Assembly (NCBI GenBank): GCA_041677685.1
Contig: JBAYPN010000001.1
Span: 19,673-51,672, forward strand
Source of the DNA: an archaeon
GTDB lineage: Archaea; Iainarchaeota; Iainarchaeia; Iainarchaeales; CSSED10-239
Direction of reading: 5' to 3'
Length of the DNA: 32,000 nt
Positions 16,481 to 25,546 of the stretch are shown here, piece after piece. Position 1 is the first letter of the stretch; every line of letters begins with the position of its first letter. The translations under genes were made by a program, and so were the position numbers. Under the pieces are notes generated by a model. It was not told the origin of the DNA. It made no database searches and worked only from the letters and a program-made list of their open reading frames with translations.

Positions 16481-18496
16481 TTAGAAACTTTCTGTTTTTT
16501 TGTAAGCAGTTAATAACTTTTTAAATTCAATATAGTCTTTTGGTGGTTTTTTAGTCAAGTCTTCTATAAAGTTCTTTCTGTTTGTTATAATTTCCATAAG
16601 TTTATTTCTATTAACATTATATTCAATTGCAATTTCTTTTAGAATTTCACTATTGTAGATAAGAGGTAACTTGCTTGTAAAAAGATCACTTTCCATAGTA
16701 GCACCTTTTTCTTTGTATTTGTTAATTGATTTGTACACAGCATCATATTCTATCTTTTTATCTTTAGCATTATATCCTCTAATCTCATCAATTTCTTTAA
16801 CTTCTCTTCTACCTTCTCCAATTCCAGCAAAACCAGTTACAACAACAATATCTAAGCTAGTTAGAAGTGACATGTCTAAGGAGATTGGAGGAGTTGTTAG
16901 CCTTGTTACCAAAGACTCCACACTCTTTGCGTGAACAGTTGATAAAGAACAGTGACCAGATGCCATTCCCTGGAACATTAAAGCCATTTCTTCTCCTCTT
17001 ACTTCACCAATAATTAAATAATCTGGTCTTTGTCTAAATGATTCTTTTAACAGATCATTCATTGTAACTTCACCATATTTTTTTCCACTACTATCAGGTG
17101 GTCCAAAACCAGGTCTTGTTATTTGAGGGATCCAGTTTTCCATTAGAAGATTAATTTCTCTAGTGTCCTCAATTGAAACAACCCTTTGTGCAGATGGAAT
17201 AAATGATGACACAACATTTAGTAGTGTTGTTTTTCCACCAGCAGTTGGTCCAATAAAGATCATGTTTTTTTTAAATTCTAATAGTGTCCAAAGGTAAGCA
17301 ACAACTTCAGAAGTTACTGTTCCACTATTTACAATATCAATTGTTGTTAATGGCTTTTGAGGGAACTTTCTAATTGTAAAGGTTGGACCTCTTGTTGCAA
17401 CATTTGATGTTAAAATTGCATTAACACGAGAACCATCTGGTAAAATTGCATCTAGAAGAGGAGAGGCATATGAAACATAACTTTTACAAAGATGAGCCAT
17501 TTTGATTACAAATTGTTGAAGTTCATTTTCTGTTTCAAATTTTATGTTTGTAACAATGTGTCCATATTTTCTATGAACAATAAAGATTGGTATGTTTGTA
17601 CCATCACATTCAATATCTTCAATTAGGTTATCATGCATTAGTGGTTCAATTTTGTCAAGACCACTAACCTGTCTAATAATGTAATATACAATTTTGTCTT
17701 TTTGGCTTTTATTTAATATCACTTTATTTTTTAAAAAGATTTTATCAATTAAAGAATACATCTGCATTTCATTTGAGAGGTCAGCAAGAGAGATTTTGTT
17801 TATCAATGCATTTTTAGTTTCTTCTAAAACCTTTTTTTCATAAGCATTAAGTTCTGGTTCTGCAACAGTGTAGACTCTTTCTTCTTTCTCTTCATCTACA
17901 AAGGCATATGCAAACCCTGGGATCAATATTTGGTAATTTTCAGGTTTAAGTTCTTTTGGTGGTTCAAATGCAGGAGTTATTTGTTTGATGTCTGCTCTTA
18001 CTTGTTTAATTTTAATTTCTGGTTTACTATTAAATAAGTTTTTAATAAAATCAAAATTGATTAATGATTTTTTAGGTTCAGGCACAATTTCAGGTTTAGT
18101 AATTATTTCTCCTTTAAGTGCTTTTTTGTCAACAGTCTGTTTTACCTTCTTAGTAACTTTTGGTTCTTCTTTTGGAGGATGTAAAAGTTTACTAATAAAA
18201 GATTTTCCTTTAATATCGTAAATTGGAAAGTCAGCTAAGCTTAGTTCTTTTGTAAGCTTAGAAAAAATATGATTATATTCAATTAATTTAACTATGGCTT
18301 CTGCATCTTTTTTTTTAGAGCTTGAAAGAAGTTTTTTTTCTTTAAGCTTAAGAAGTAGTTCTTTTGGTGTAATTGTCTTATTGTATAATTTATTAAAAAG
18401 TTCTGAGTCTAGAGGATCTCTACTATTTTCTATATCCTTTAGCTTTTTTATTGTTTCTACAAAATCTTTTAGAGCTTTTGGTGATGGGAAAATCAT
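16481..18496 (-). CDS. Type II/IV secretion-family ATPase (GspE/FlaI/PilB-like) with an N-terminal extension of about 185 aa
   Basis: Walker A GPTAGGKTT, Walker B/Asp box DYLIIGEVRGEE and His box GHCSLSTVHA. A FlaI-like N-domain begins near YQILIPGFAYAFVDEEKEERVYTVAEPEL. Confidence 0.88.
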   Translation of the reverse strand: MIFPSPKALKDFVETIKKLKDIENSRDPLDSELFNKLYNKTITPKELLLKLKEKKLLSSSKKKDAEAIVKLIEYNHIFSKLTKELSLADFPIYDIKGKSFISKLLHPPKEEPKVTKKVKQTVDKKALKGEIITKPEIVPEPKKSLINFDFIKNLFNSKPEIKIKQVRADIKQITPAFEPPKELKPENYQILIPGFAYAFVDEEKEERVYTVAEPELNAYEKKVLEETKNALINKISLADLSNEMQMYSLIDKIFLKNKVILNKSQKDKIVYYIIRQVSGLDKIEPLMHDNLIEDIECDGTNIPIFIVHRKYGHIVTNIKFETENELQQFVIKMAHLCKSYVSYASPLLDAILPDGSRVNAILTSNVATRGPTFTIRKFPQKPLTTIDIVNSGTVTSEVVAYLWTLLEFKKNMIFIGPTAGGKTTLLNVVSSFIPSAQRVVSIEDTREINLLMENWIPQITRPGFGPPDSSGKKYGEVTMNDLLKESFRQRPDYLIIGEVRGEEMALMFQGMASGHCSLSTVHAKSVESLVTRLTTPPISLDMSLLTSLDIVVVTGFAGIGEGRREVKEIDEIRGYNAKDKKIEYDAVYKSINKYKEKGATMESDLFTSKLPLIYNSEILKEIAIEYNVNRNKLMEIITNRKNFIEDLTKKPPKDYIEFKKLLTAYKKTESF

Positions 18497-18518
18497 AATT
18501 TACCTTTTTTACTTTCCC

Positions 18519-18872
18519 TTAGTTTTCACTGTTCTCAATAATCTTTGGAGTTCCTTCTACCTCAGATTTGGTATTGTACAAATTTTTTAAAGTAGTTAGT
18601 TTATCACTAATACCATTTACATTTTCAGCAATCTCATTCCAGATTCTTTTTCTCTCATTTGTGTTTTCTTCTAAGTTTTTAAGATTTAATTCTTGCATTT
18701 TAGCATATGTAAATTTTGTAATTGTTTCATTTTTTAATTTATCTTTAGCCTTTTTAATTTCAGAATCAATTCCTTCCTTTTGTTCTTCTAAGGTTCTTAG
18801 AATTTCTAAATGAGCTGTAATTCCATTGCTTTTATCTTCAATTATGTTAATCATATCTTTTACTTCTGACAT
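18519..18872 (-). CDS. Small coiled-coil protein, function unknown, probably co-transcribed with the ATPase
   Basis: ATG 18872 lies 5 nt after AGGTGT (complement of 18878-18883); the listed GTG 18881 is inside the SD. The sequence is heptad-like and rich in K, E, L and N. There is a 22-nt gap to the ATPase start. Confidence 0.65.
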   Translation of the reverse strand: MSEVKDMINIIEDKSNGITAHLEILRTLEEQKEGIDSEIKKAKDKLKNETITKFTYAKMQELNLKNLEENTNERKRIWNEIAENVNGISDKLTTLKNLYNTKSEVEGTPKIIENSEN

Positions 18873-18998
18873 TTTATACACCTTTTTATGTTTTAATTAA
18901 TATTTATTTTCTTATCAATATAGTATATTAAGATAATATATCATATCATTTATAAATTTATCTATTTTTAAAGTCATTAATTTTAAGTAATTTCAATT

Positions 18999-19511
18999 TT
19001 AATCTATAATTAATATTTTCTCCCCCAAACTAGATTCAAAGTTATTAAATATTGTTCTAGTGGAGTTATCTGTTAAAGAAAGAAAATAGATGTTTTTGTT
19101 TGGAGAATTATAATCAAGAACACAATTGTTATTTAGGTAAAGATAATCAGGGTTACTACTCTTTCTAACTCTGATTGTTTGCTTATTATTAACACCATTA
19201 AATTCCTCTCCTAAAAAGTTACTAACATAAATAAAATCATTTCCAGCATCAACTATTGAGCATAAGCTAACTTGGTAGTTATGGGACTTTATAAAATCAT
19301 AAAAATTAGAATTAAAATTATTTAAAATATTTTCGTCTAAACCACTTTCAAGAATCTTTTCAAACTCAATAACATAATTTCTAGAAATGTTATATGGTTG
19401 GTTATTAATTTCAATCATTGGCTTAAATAACAAAAGGTACATACTTATAAATAAGATGAAGATTACTGTAATTATAATGTAGGTAAAACCTCTTTCTTTT
19501 AATCTATCCAT
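18999..19511 (-). CDS. Prepilin-like protein (class III signal peptide candidate), 170 aa
   Basis: N-terminus MDRLKERG|FTYIIITVIFILFISMYLLLF has a short basic leader, a small residue, then a hydrophobic helix of about 20 aa. The start overlaps the upstream gene by 13 nt. Confidence 0.6.
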   Translation of the reverse strand: MDRLKERGFTYIIITVIFILFISMYLLLFKPMIEINNQPYNISRNYVIEFEKILESGLDENILNNFNSNFYDFIKSHNYQVSLCSIVDAGNDFIYVSNFLGEEFNGVNNKQTIRVRKSSNPDYLYLNNNCVLDYNSPNKNIYFLSLTDNSTRTIFNNFESSLGEKILIID

Positions 19512-19867
19512 GAAATAACACTTAAAGTTTTATTACTATCAAAGAAATAATAATCAACAACACTTAGCTTAGAATCACTTGGAACTGTTTCTCCAAACTC
19601 TTCACAATTTAGGTTTTGGGAGTTACAGATCTTAATTGAGTAGGTGGTGTCTAGGCTCTCATATAAAGAATTATAAACATCTTCAATTTCTGAACCACTA
19701 ACTAAATCTCTAAAATCTGAATTTTTTGCTTTTGCAAGTAGAAGGCTATAATTTTTATTTGTAAGTTCATTATAATTTGTTTGAGGTTTTTCTACAGATT
19801 GAAAAACAATTATAACAAATAGGAATAAAATTGTAATTGCGATAACTACTTCTAAAGACTTAATCAT
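19499..19867 (-). CDS. Prepilin-like protein (class III signal peptide candidate), 122 aa
   Basis: N-terminus MIKS|LEVVIAITILFLFVIIVFQS has a K-S leader followed by a hydrophobic helix. Small size. Confidence 0.6.
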   Translation of the reverse strand: MIKSLEVVIAITILFLFVIIVFQSVEKPQTNYNELTNKNYSLLLAKAKNSDFRDLVSGSEIEDVYNSLYESLDTTYSIKICNSQNLNCEEFGETVPSDSKLSVVDYYFFDSNKTLSVISWID

Positions 19868-19971
19868 AGGTTCTCTTTTAAAATTTTATTTTAATTATAA
19901 TTATTTTTTTTAACTTTTAATTCTTTATCTTAGATGTTAATTTTTATCTTTTTAGATTTTATTTTTTAGTT

Positions 19972-20964
19972 TTACTTCAACATCCCTGAGATCATGTTTT
20001 CAATTATTGAAAAGTAACCAGTCTCATCATCCTCTTCAATTAAGTATTCAGGAGGAAGTGCATAGTAGACAACCCTGTTGGAGTTACTAACAACAATTAA
20101 AGGGAAAACTCCATTTTGACCAAAAGAAACATCTTTATCTATATTATTATATAAATTTGAACCAAAGTCTAACTTTAGAGGAGTCACTACTGGTCTTAGT
20201 AGCTCAACTATCGCAAAATCATCTTTTGTTGGTAAGTAGTCCTTTAAAGCATAGACAAGAGGATGTTTTGAGGAAGGCACTAACTTTCCATTTATGTGGT
20301 CAGGATATTTTATTATGATTGTTTGATTATTATAGCCTGGAACCTTATATTCTTTTTCTATACATTCTTTAATTTGGCAATAGGTTGTTATATATCTAAC
20401 TTCTAAAAATTCATCAAATCTTATCATATAATTATCATTATTTAATCTTGCCCAACCTCCGATAATGTTAGAGTCATAAGTTCCTTCAATATCTCCTGTT
20501 GTTAAAAGTTTATCTTCATTTTTTGAAATCTCTGTTCCTGCATCTCCAATCCAGATAAGTCTTCCACCTTTAGAGACATAGTTCATAAAAGTCTCTAAGT
20601 TTTTGGTAGAGATTTGTTTTGCTTTTTCAACAATTACTAAACTATAGCCATTTAGCTTTTCAGGGCTTAGGTAGTTTATATTCTCAATTGCAGGATGAAC
20701 TCCAACTCTTTTATTATCCTCTAGGGTTTTTTTAAGAAGGTAAGGGTTTCCAAGCCCATCAACATCATAAGGATCATAAACAATTAAGACAGATGGTTGA
20801 CTCTTTCCTGTAATCAGGCTTTGAGAACCCCAATAGATCCCACATAACCCAGGAACTTTACTACATCTTATGTTTCCTGTCCAGGTAAATAGGTAGAGAG
20901 CAATAAATAAGATTACAATTATTATAAGGATTTTTGTTAACAGTTTTTTTCTTTTTGGACTCAT
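19972..20964 (-). CDS. N-terminally anchored extracytoplasmic protein, unknown function (possible ThuA/DUF4350-like alpha/beta fold)
   Basis: Signal anchor MSPKRKKLLTKILIIIVILFIALYLF. The segment SLVIVEKAKQIS...FMNYVSKGGRLIWIGDAG resembles GATase1-like or DUF4350-type surface proteins, by eye only. Confidence 0.55.
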   Translation of the reverse strand: MSPKRKKLLTKILIIIVILFIALYLFTWTGNIRCSKVPGLCGIYWGSQSLITGKSQPSVLIVYDPYDVDGLGNPYLLKKTLEDNKRVGVHPAIENINYLSPEKLNGYSLVIVEKAKQISTKNLETFMNYVSKGGRLIWIGDAGTEISKNEDKLLTTGDIEGTYDSNIIGGWARLNNDNYMIRFDEFLEVRYITTYCQIKECIEKEYKVPGYNNQTIIIKYPDHINGKLVPSSKHPLVYALKDYLPTKDDFAIVELLRPVVTPLKLDFGSNLYNNIDKDVSFGQNGVFPLIVVSNSNRVVYYALPPEYLIEEDDETGYFSIIENMISGMLK

Positions 20965-21086
20965 TTTTAAATAACTCTTCTCTTTTATATTTTTTAGTTT
21001 ATTATATTAGAAAGGTAAGGTATTTAATTATAACTTATCTTATATTATTTATATTAATATAATATTTTTAAAAAAGGTGTGTTTTT

Positions 21087-21251
21087 ATGAAATTAAGACA
21101 AACAAAAAGTGATTCTCAAGGTCCAAGTTCCTCAATTGGAATTATGAAATTTAATGATTCTTTATCAGGTCCAAAGTTAAGTCCTGAGTTTGTGGTTGGT
21201 GCTAGTATTTTTTTTGTAATTTTGATTGTTGTTTTAAAAGTTGTTTTATAG
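21087..21251 (+). CDS. secG: Protein translocase subunit Sec61 beta (archaeal SecG), 54 aa; absent from the ORF track
   Basis: My translation is MKLRQTKSDSQGPSSSIGIMKFNDSLSGPKLSPEFVVGASIFFVILIVVLKVVL. It fits the archaeal Sec61beta pattern (S-x-G-I/L-x-K/R-F/Y-x-D...P-E-x-V plus a C-terminal TM). AGGTG SD at 21075-21079. Confidence 0.85.
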   Translation: MKLRQTKSDSQGPSSSIGIMKFNDSLSGPKLSPEFVVGASIFFVILIVVLKVVL

Positions 21252-21266
21252 TTGCTAGCTTTTTCT

Positions 21267-24200
21267 TTAGTTAGGTTTAATAACAACTCTTACAATTTCT
21301 TCTTCACCATTTTCATTTAGGTAGGTGGTGTATCTTTCTAAGACTTTTGAAACATTAAAATTGTTTTTTCCTTTTTCTAAGTTTAAAGTTTTTTCTTGGT
21401 TAGTTATTGAAAGATAATAGTCATCTAAGGTATATAGTCTTAGGCTATCTGTTTTTGAATTTAAATTTAGAATATTATTTGGTATTTTAATTTGGAAATT
21501 AACAAGATTATTTTGAGAATTATTTGTAATTGCAATTTCGTAAAGATTTGTGTCTTGTTCTTTGACTTCTATGGTAGGTGTTACAGGTGTGTATCTTCTT
21601 ACAAATATATAATCTAAGTTTCTTGGTCCCCCAGAACCATCTGAATATTCTCCTTGAGAGATTAACAGATGTTTATGTGTGTTTATAAAGTTAGCATCAA
21701 TTGCTGAGCCTAAAAGTGAGTTGTTTTTTCCCCAAATAATGTTTCCATCAGAAGAGTAGGTGTAATTAAGTTTATGCCACTCTGCAAGTGGTTGTGAGAC
21801 TCCTGAGATAAGTTTAAGTCTAGTTTTAAGAGAATTTTCTATATGGAAAATAGAAAGGGAACTTGTTGTTTGCCAATTAAAAAAATAACCATTCTCGTAA
21901 GAAGTGTACCAATAGGCAATTCCTGGCATCTCTATATTTTCAAAAATCATTCCATCCCCAATTGAGAAGTCATTATAGTTTGATGAACTTATTTTGTTTT
22001 TGATCTCAACTACAAAATCATTTTTAAAAGTTTTTAGGGACTGTATGCTTGCTGAGGAGGCAACTGCTGGTTCTCCTGCAAGAGTCAACTCTCCTGAGTC
22101 AACAGAAATGATTGCATTTTGGGAACCAAATTTTTGTTCTTCCCATTTATCTGTGTCTAAGATAGTTTCTTCAAAGTCATCAAATAGTTCAAAAACTTTT
22201 TCTCCATTTGGAAGATAATCTTCCTCTTTAGAAACATATATCTTTTTAGTTTCACCTGAAGGTATATTTACTTTTGTCCAAAGACTATATTCTGAGTTGA
22301 AGTCTTCTATAAAGTAGGGAAGGTTTTTTGAAAAAAGATCAAGTAAATCTAATTTTTCTTTAGTTATTATATTTTCTTTAGTTTTTATAATATTTATTTT
22401 TGGATAATTGTTTTGTATCTCTGTTCTTGAAAATCTTAACTTTACAGTTGCATCATCTTGACAATTGTTAATGTTTATGTTTCCATTAGAAGATGCTGTA
22501 AGATCACAATCAATGGTGTTATTATATTTATCAAAAAAATTAAAAACTACATTTTCATTATTGTTGTTTGTAAATTTTAAAGAACTATTTTTTTTAAAAT
22601 AATCATTTGTTAAGACCAAACTCTCTGATTTAGAGGCAATTTCAAGAATGTTGTTTGGAATTTTAATTTGGAGGTTGTTAAGATCATTAGCAGTGTTATT
22701 AGTTATGTCAACTTTGTAAGTATTATTATTTATATAAGAAACATTTATTGTTGGTTGTGTAGAAACATATTTTCTTACAAAAACATAATCTGAGGTAATT
22801 GAGGTTGGTGTAGTATCTCCATCTGTAGAATAATAAATTGGAAGTGAGTAGTTAGGAACATATAATTTGTTTGTTTGTGTGTATTGTAGACTTTGATTTT
22901 TATAGATTTTAAGATTCTCTTGAGAAATCAATTCTGCATTGTAAACAGCATAGATGCTTGGATCATGAGAAACTGAATTGTTAGAAATTAAATTTGTTCC
23001 AAAAGCAAAAGATAAAGCTGAACTTTTATCATCAACCTTTCCATACCAACTAAAACCATCTGTTAGGCTGTCATTGTGAAGAATTGGCTTATAAGGTTGA
23101 CTAGCATAACCAAATAATGTTGCATAACCCCCACTTTTCATCTTAGACCTAACTGTTAAGACTTTTCCAAAAGTCATATGATCTATATTTGAAAAGATCC
23201 CAAGATATTCTTCTTTTGTGCTAGTAACATTAGTTATTATTAGTTCTCCAGAATTTACAACAATGTCCCCAAACTCAGTTCCAAACTTGTTCCATTTTTG
23301 TGTGTCTAAAGATGTTCCATCAAAGTCATCAAAAAAATCAAAAACTTCATCTCCATTAGGTGTGTTAGTTCCTTCTTTTGACAAATAAATAGTTTTTGTT
23401 TCATTTCCTTTAAGATCTACTTTTGTCCAAACATATTTGTTAGTTCCATCATCTTCAATATAGTAATCATAATCTTTTGGTTGTAAGATGTTTGAAGAAA
23501 TGTTTAAATCTTCTTCTTTGTTAATATTAAACCAAAATTCATTTGAGTTTGGAAATATGGTGGCCCTTGTAACATTCTCTTCATCTTTAATATTTATGAT
23601 TTGATTATTAGGATTGTAACTTAGATTTGAGAAAAAATTTAAATTAAAATCAAAGCCTAAAGCATTTATTTGTAAAACATTATTTTCAACATTTACATTT
23701 AGGTCAGTAGTTTTAATTTGGTTATTAATAGTATCTACAACCAAGTCAGAATTTTTATAAATTTTAAAATTATCAACATATGTGTTTGTGTCGTTTGCTT
23801 CTATTTTTATGTAACTTTGGTTTTGATCTAAGTTATTAGTAGTTGTTATTAATTGTTTATTGATTCCACAAAAAACATCATTTCCAACAAAACCAAAAGA
23901 AACATTATTCCATTCTTTTGTTTTTGTGTAATCTATAAAGCCAACTTTGGTAATTGTTCCATTTAAGTTTTCAAAAACAGAGACATCTTCATTAGTAACT
24001 TCACAAAAATAATAGTTATCTAAATCTATATAATTAAAATAGACATTAATGTTGTCTGCTTTAAAATCAAGAGAGCCTGTGTAATCTAAGAAGGAAGAAT
24101 TGGTTTTAAGACTTACCATATTGTTTAGATTAAGAGAACCATTTGAAAAGGTTAGTGCTCCTTGCTCTAATAAAAAAGTATCTAAGTAATTGTAGTCTTC

Positions 24201-24557
24201 AAAGTCCTCATTAACCAGCATTATTTTATTTGTGTTAATATCATATGCTTCAAAGTTATAAAATTTAGTTTTATTTTGCACAAGCCCATAAGCAACATTC
24301 CCTTCAACAACACTAATTCCAGCACTTCTACCAAAATTGTTTTCTAGGGGTATAGAAAAGGGGTGTATTTGTAAGTCATTATTATTAATAACTGTGTAGG
24401 TGTTAATCTCTTCAAAGAGATTAGAATAAACACTTTTAGCAGTATATGTGTTTTCTTGTAAATTAATATCTGGTAAAAAATTAGGTAGAGCTATAATTAT
24501 CCCAACAAAGACAATTATAAAAATTCCAAAAGACATTACCCAATCTACATATTCCAT
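21267..24557 (-). CDS. 1096-aa N-terminally anchored surface protein with tandem DUF2341-like plus LamG/concanavalin-like modules (putative adhesin or lectin)
   Basis: N-terminal TM FGIFIIVFVGIIIAL. Two paralogous modules are present. The first reads YIEDDGTNKYVWTKVDLKGNETKTIYLSKEG...FDDFDGTSLDTQKWN...DYVFVRKYVSTQPTI...LQIKIPNNIL. The second reads YFIEDFNSEYSLWTKVNIPSGETKKIYVSKEE...FDDFEETILDTDKWE...DYIFVRRYTPVTPTI...FQIKIPNNIL. Many N-x-S/T sequons. Confidence 0.8.
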   Translation of the reverse strand: MEYVDWVMSFGIFIIVFVGIIIALPNFLPDINLQENTYTAKSVYSNLFEEINTYTVINNNDLQIHPFSIPLENNFGRSAGISVVEGNVAYGLVQNKTKFYNFEAYDINTNKIMLVNEDFEDYNYLDTFLLEQGALTFSNGSLNLNNMVSLKTNSSFLDYTGSLDFKADNINVYFNYIDLDNYYFCEVTNEDVSVFENLNGTITKVGFIDYTKTKEWNNVSFGFVGNDVFCGINKQLITTTNNLDQNQSYIKIEANDTNTYVDNFKIYKNSDLVVDTINNQIKTTDLNVNVENNVLQINALGFDFNLNFFSNLSYNPNNQIINIKDEENVTRATIFPNSNEFWFNINKEEDLNISSNILQPKDYDYYIEDDGTNKYVWTKVDLKGNETKTIYLSKEGTNTPNGDEVFDFFDDFDGTSLDTQKWNKFGTEFGDIVVNSGELIITNVTSTKEEYLGIFSNIDHMTFGKVLTVRSKMKSGGYATLFGYASQPYKPILHNDSLTDGFSWYGKVDDKSSALSFAFGTNLISNNSVSHDPSIYAVYNAELISQENLKIYKNQSLQYTQTNKLYVPNYSLPIYYSTDGDTTPTSITSDYVFVRKYVSTQPTINVSYINNNTYKVDITNNTANDLNNLQIKIPNNILEIASKSESLVLTNDYFKKNSSLKFTNNNNENVVFNFFDKYNNTIDCDLTASSNGNININNCQDDATVKLRFSRTEIQNNYPKINIIKTKENIITKEKLDLLDLFSKNLPYFIEDFNSEYSLWTKVNIPSGETKKIYVSKEEDYLPNGEKVFELFDDFEETILDTDKWEEQKFGSQNAIISVDSGELTLAGEPAVASSASIQSLKTFKNDFVVEIKNKISSSNYNDFSIGDGMIFENIEMPGIAYWYTSYENGYFFNWQTTSSLSIFHIENSLKTRLKLISGVSQPLAEWHKLNYTYSSDGNIIWGKNNSLLGSAIDANFINTHKHLLISQGEYSDGSGGPRNLDYIFVRRYTPVTPTIEVKEQDTNLYEIAITNNSQNNLVNFQIKIPNNILNLNSKTDSLRLYTLDDYYLSITNQEKTLNLEKGKNNFNVSKVLERYTTYLNENGEEEIVRVVIKPN

Positions 24558-24720
24558 AAGTTAACTGTTTTTTACCTTATAATTATATTTCTTTATATAT
24601 TTCTCTTTTTAGAAACTATATTATATTTAAGATATATAAATTTATAAAACATTTGATTATTGCTAATTTTAATTAGTTTATTATTAATTAGAATGTGGGT
24701 GTAAATGTAGAGTGCCTGTC

Positions 24721-25155
24721 TTATTTCCTTTTTTTCATTTTTAAATTTTTTTTAGTTTTTTGTCTATCTTTTGCTTTTTTAATTTCTTCTGTTTTTTTCT
24801 TTTCAGCTCCTATATCCCAACCTTTTTTTAATCTTTTCATCCTTTCAATTCCACTAACTCCATCTTTAGTGTAGAACTTATTAATTTCTGTTAATAGATC
24901 TACAATTAGTTTTTGTGTCTCCTTTTGCTTTCTAGAAATTTTTGATTTTGAGCAATATTCAAACTTTAGTTCTTTTTTATATTTATTTAAATCATATTCT
25001 TTTTTTAAACTTGTAATTTTGCCATTTTTTGTTTTATAACTATAAACATCTAAATTTTTACTAAATGGATTTAATAATAATTTATTTACTCCAACTTTGT
25101 GTAAGCTAAAGTTATTAGATATTCCTTTGTCTCCAAAAGAATTTTTACCAAGCAA
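24721..25155 (-). CDS. Basic hypothetical protein, possibly the 3' part of a frameshifted longer gene
   Basis: 144-aa ORF from a TTG start with a Lys-rich tail. Its frame stays open for 28 more codons upstream (to 25239) without a start codon. Confidence 0.45.
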   Translation of the reverse strand: MLGKNSFGDKGISNNFSLHKVGVNKLLLNPFSKNLDVYSYKTKNGKITSLKKEYDLNKYKKELKFEYCSKSKISRKQKETQKLIVDLLTEINKFYTKDGVSGIERMKRLKKGWDIGAEKKKTEEIKKAKDRQKTKKNLKMKKRK

Positions 25156-25195
25156 TCTTAAAAATTCTACCTTATCTCCGTTTTTTAATTTAACT

Positions 25196-25546
25196 TTAAT
25201 AGTTGTTAATGTTCCAGAAAGAAAAGCTCTGATAAAATCCTAAATAAGTTTCAGTACAAGCTTCAAATTTATATTTTGACTCAAGAGTAGAATCGATTGG
25301 TATATTTTTATTTAATTTAATTAAATTAGATTTTAATGATCTAATTCTTTTATTTCTTTTAAAAAATAAAATATCTGATTTTAGTAATTCCATAAAAAGT
25401 GACAGCTTTGAGTTACTATTCTTTCTAATAGAAGAAATATAATTGTTCATTTCTAAAAGCTCTTTTCCTTTATATCTTTTTTCTAATTCTTTAAAATAAT
25501 TATTAATAAGAACTAGGTTTTTTTTTAGAAGTCTTTGTTTCTTCAA
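25196..25546 (-). CDS. Hypothetical protein, possibly the middle part of a frameshifted longer gene
   Basis: 116-aa ORF from a TTG start. A 37-codon ATG-initiated ORF (25616-25503) overlaps its 5' end in another frame across a T9 tract. Confidence 0.45.
   Translation of the reverse strand: MKKQRLLKKNLVLINNYFKELEKRYKGKELLEMNNYISSIRKNSNSKLSLFMELLKSDILFFKRNKRIRSLKSNLIKLNKNIPIDSTLESKYKFEACTETYLGFYQSFSFWNINNY

Noticed and set aside
16481-18496. Calling the ATPase ArlI/FlaI and the locus an archaellum operon
   Set aside because: No archaellin genes, no ArlJ/FlaJ, no ArlH/FlaH and no ArlCDE/FG-like genes are in the window. Only the generic secretion-ATPase family assignment is supported.
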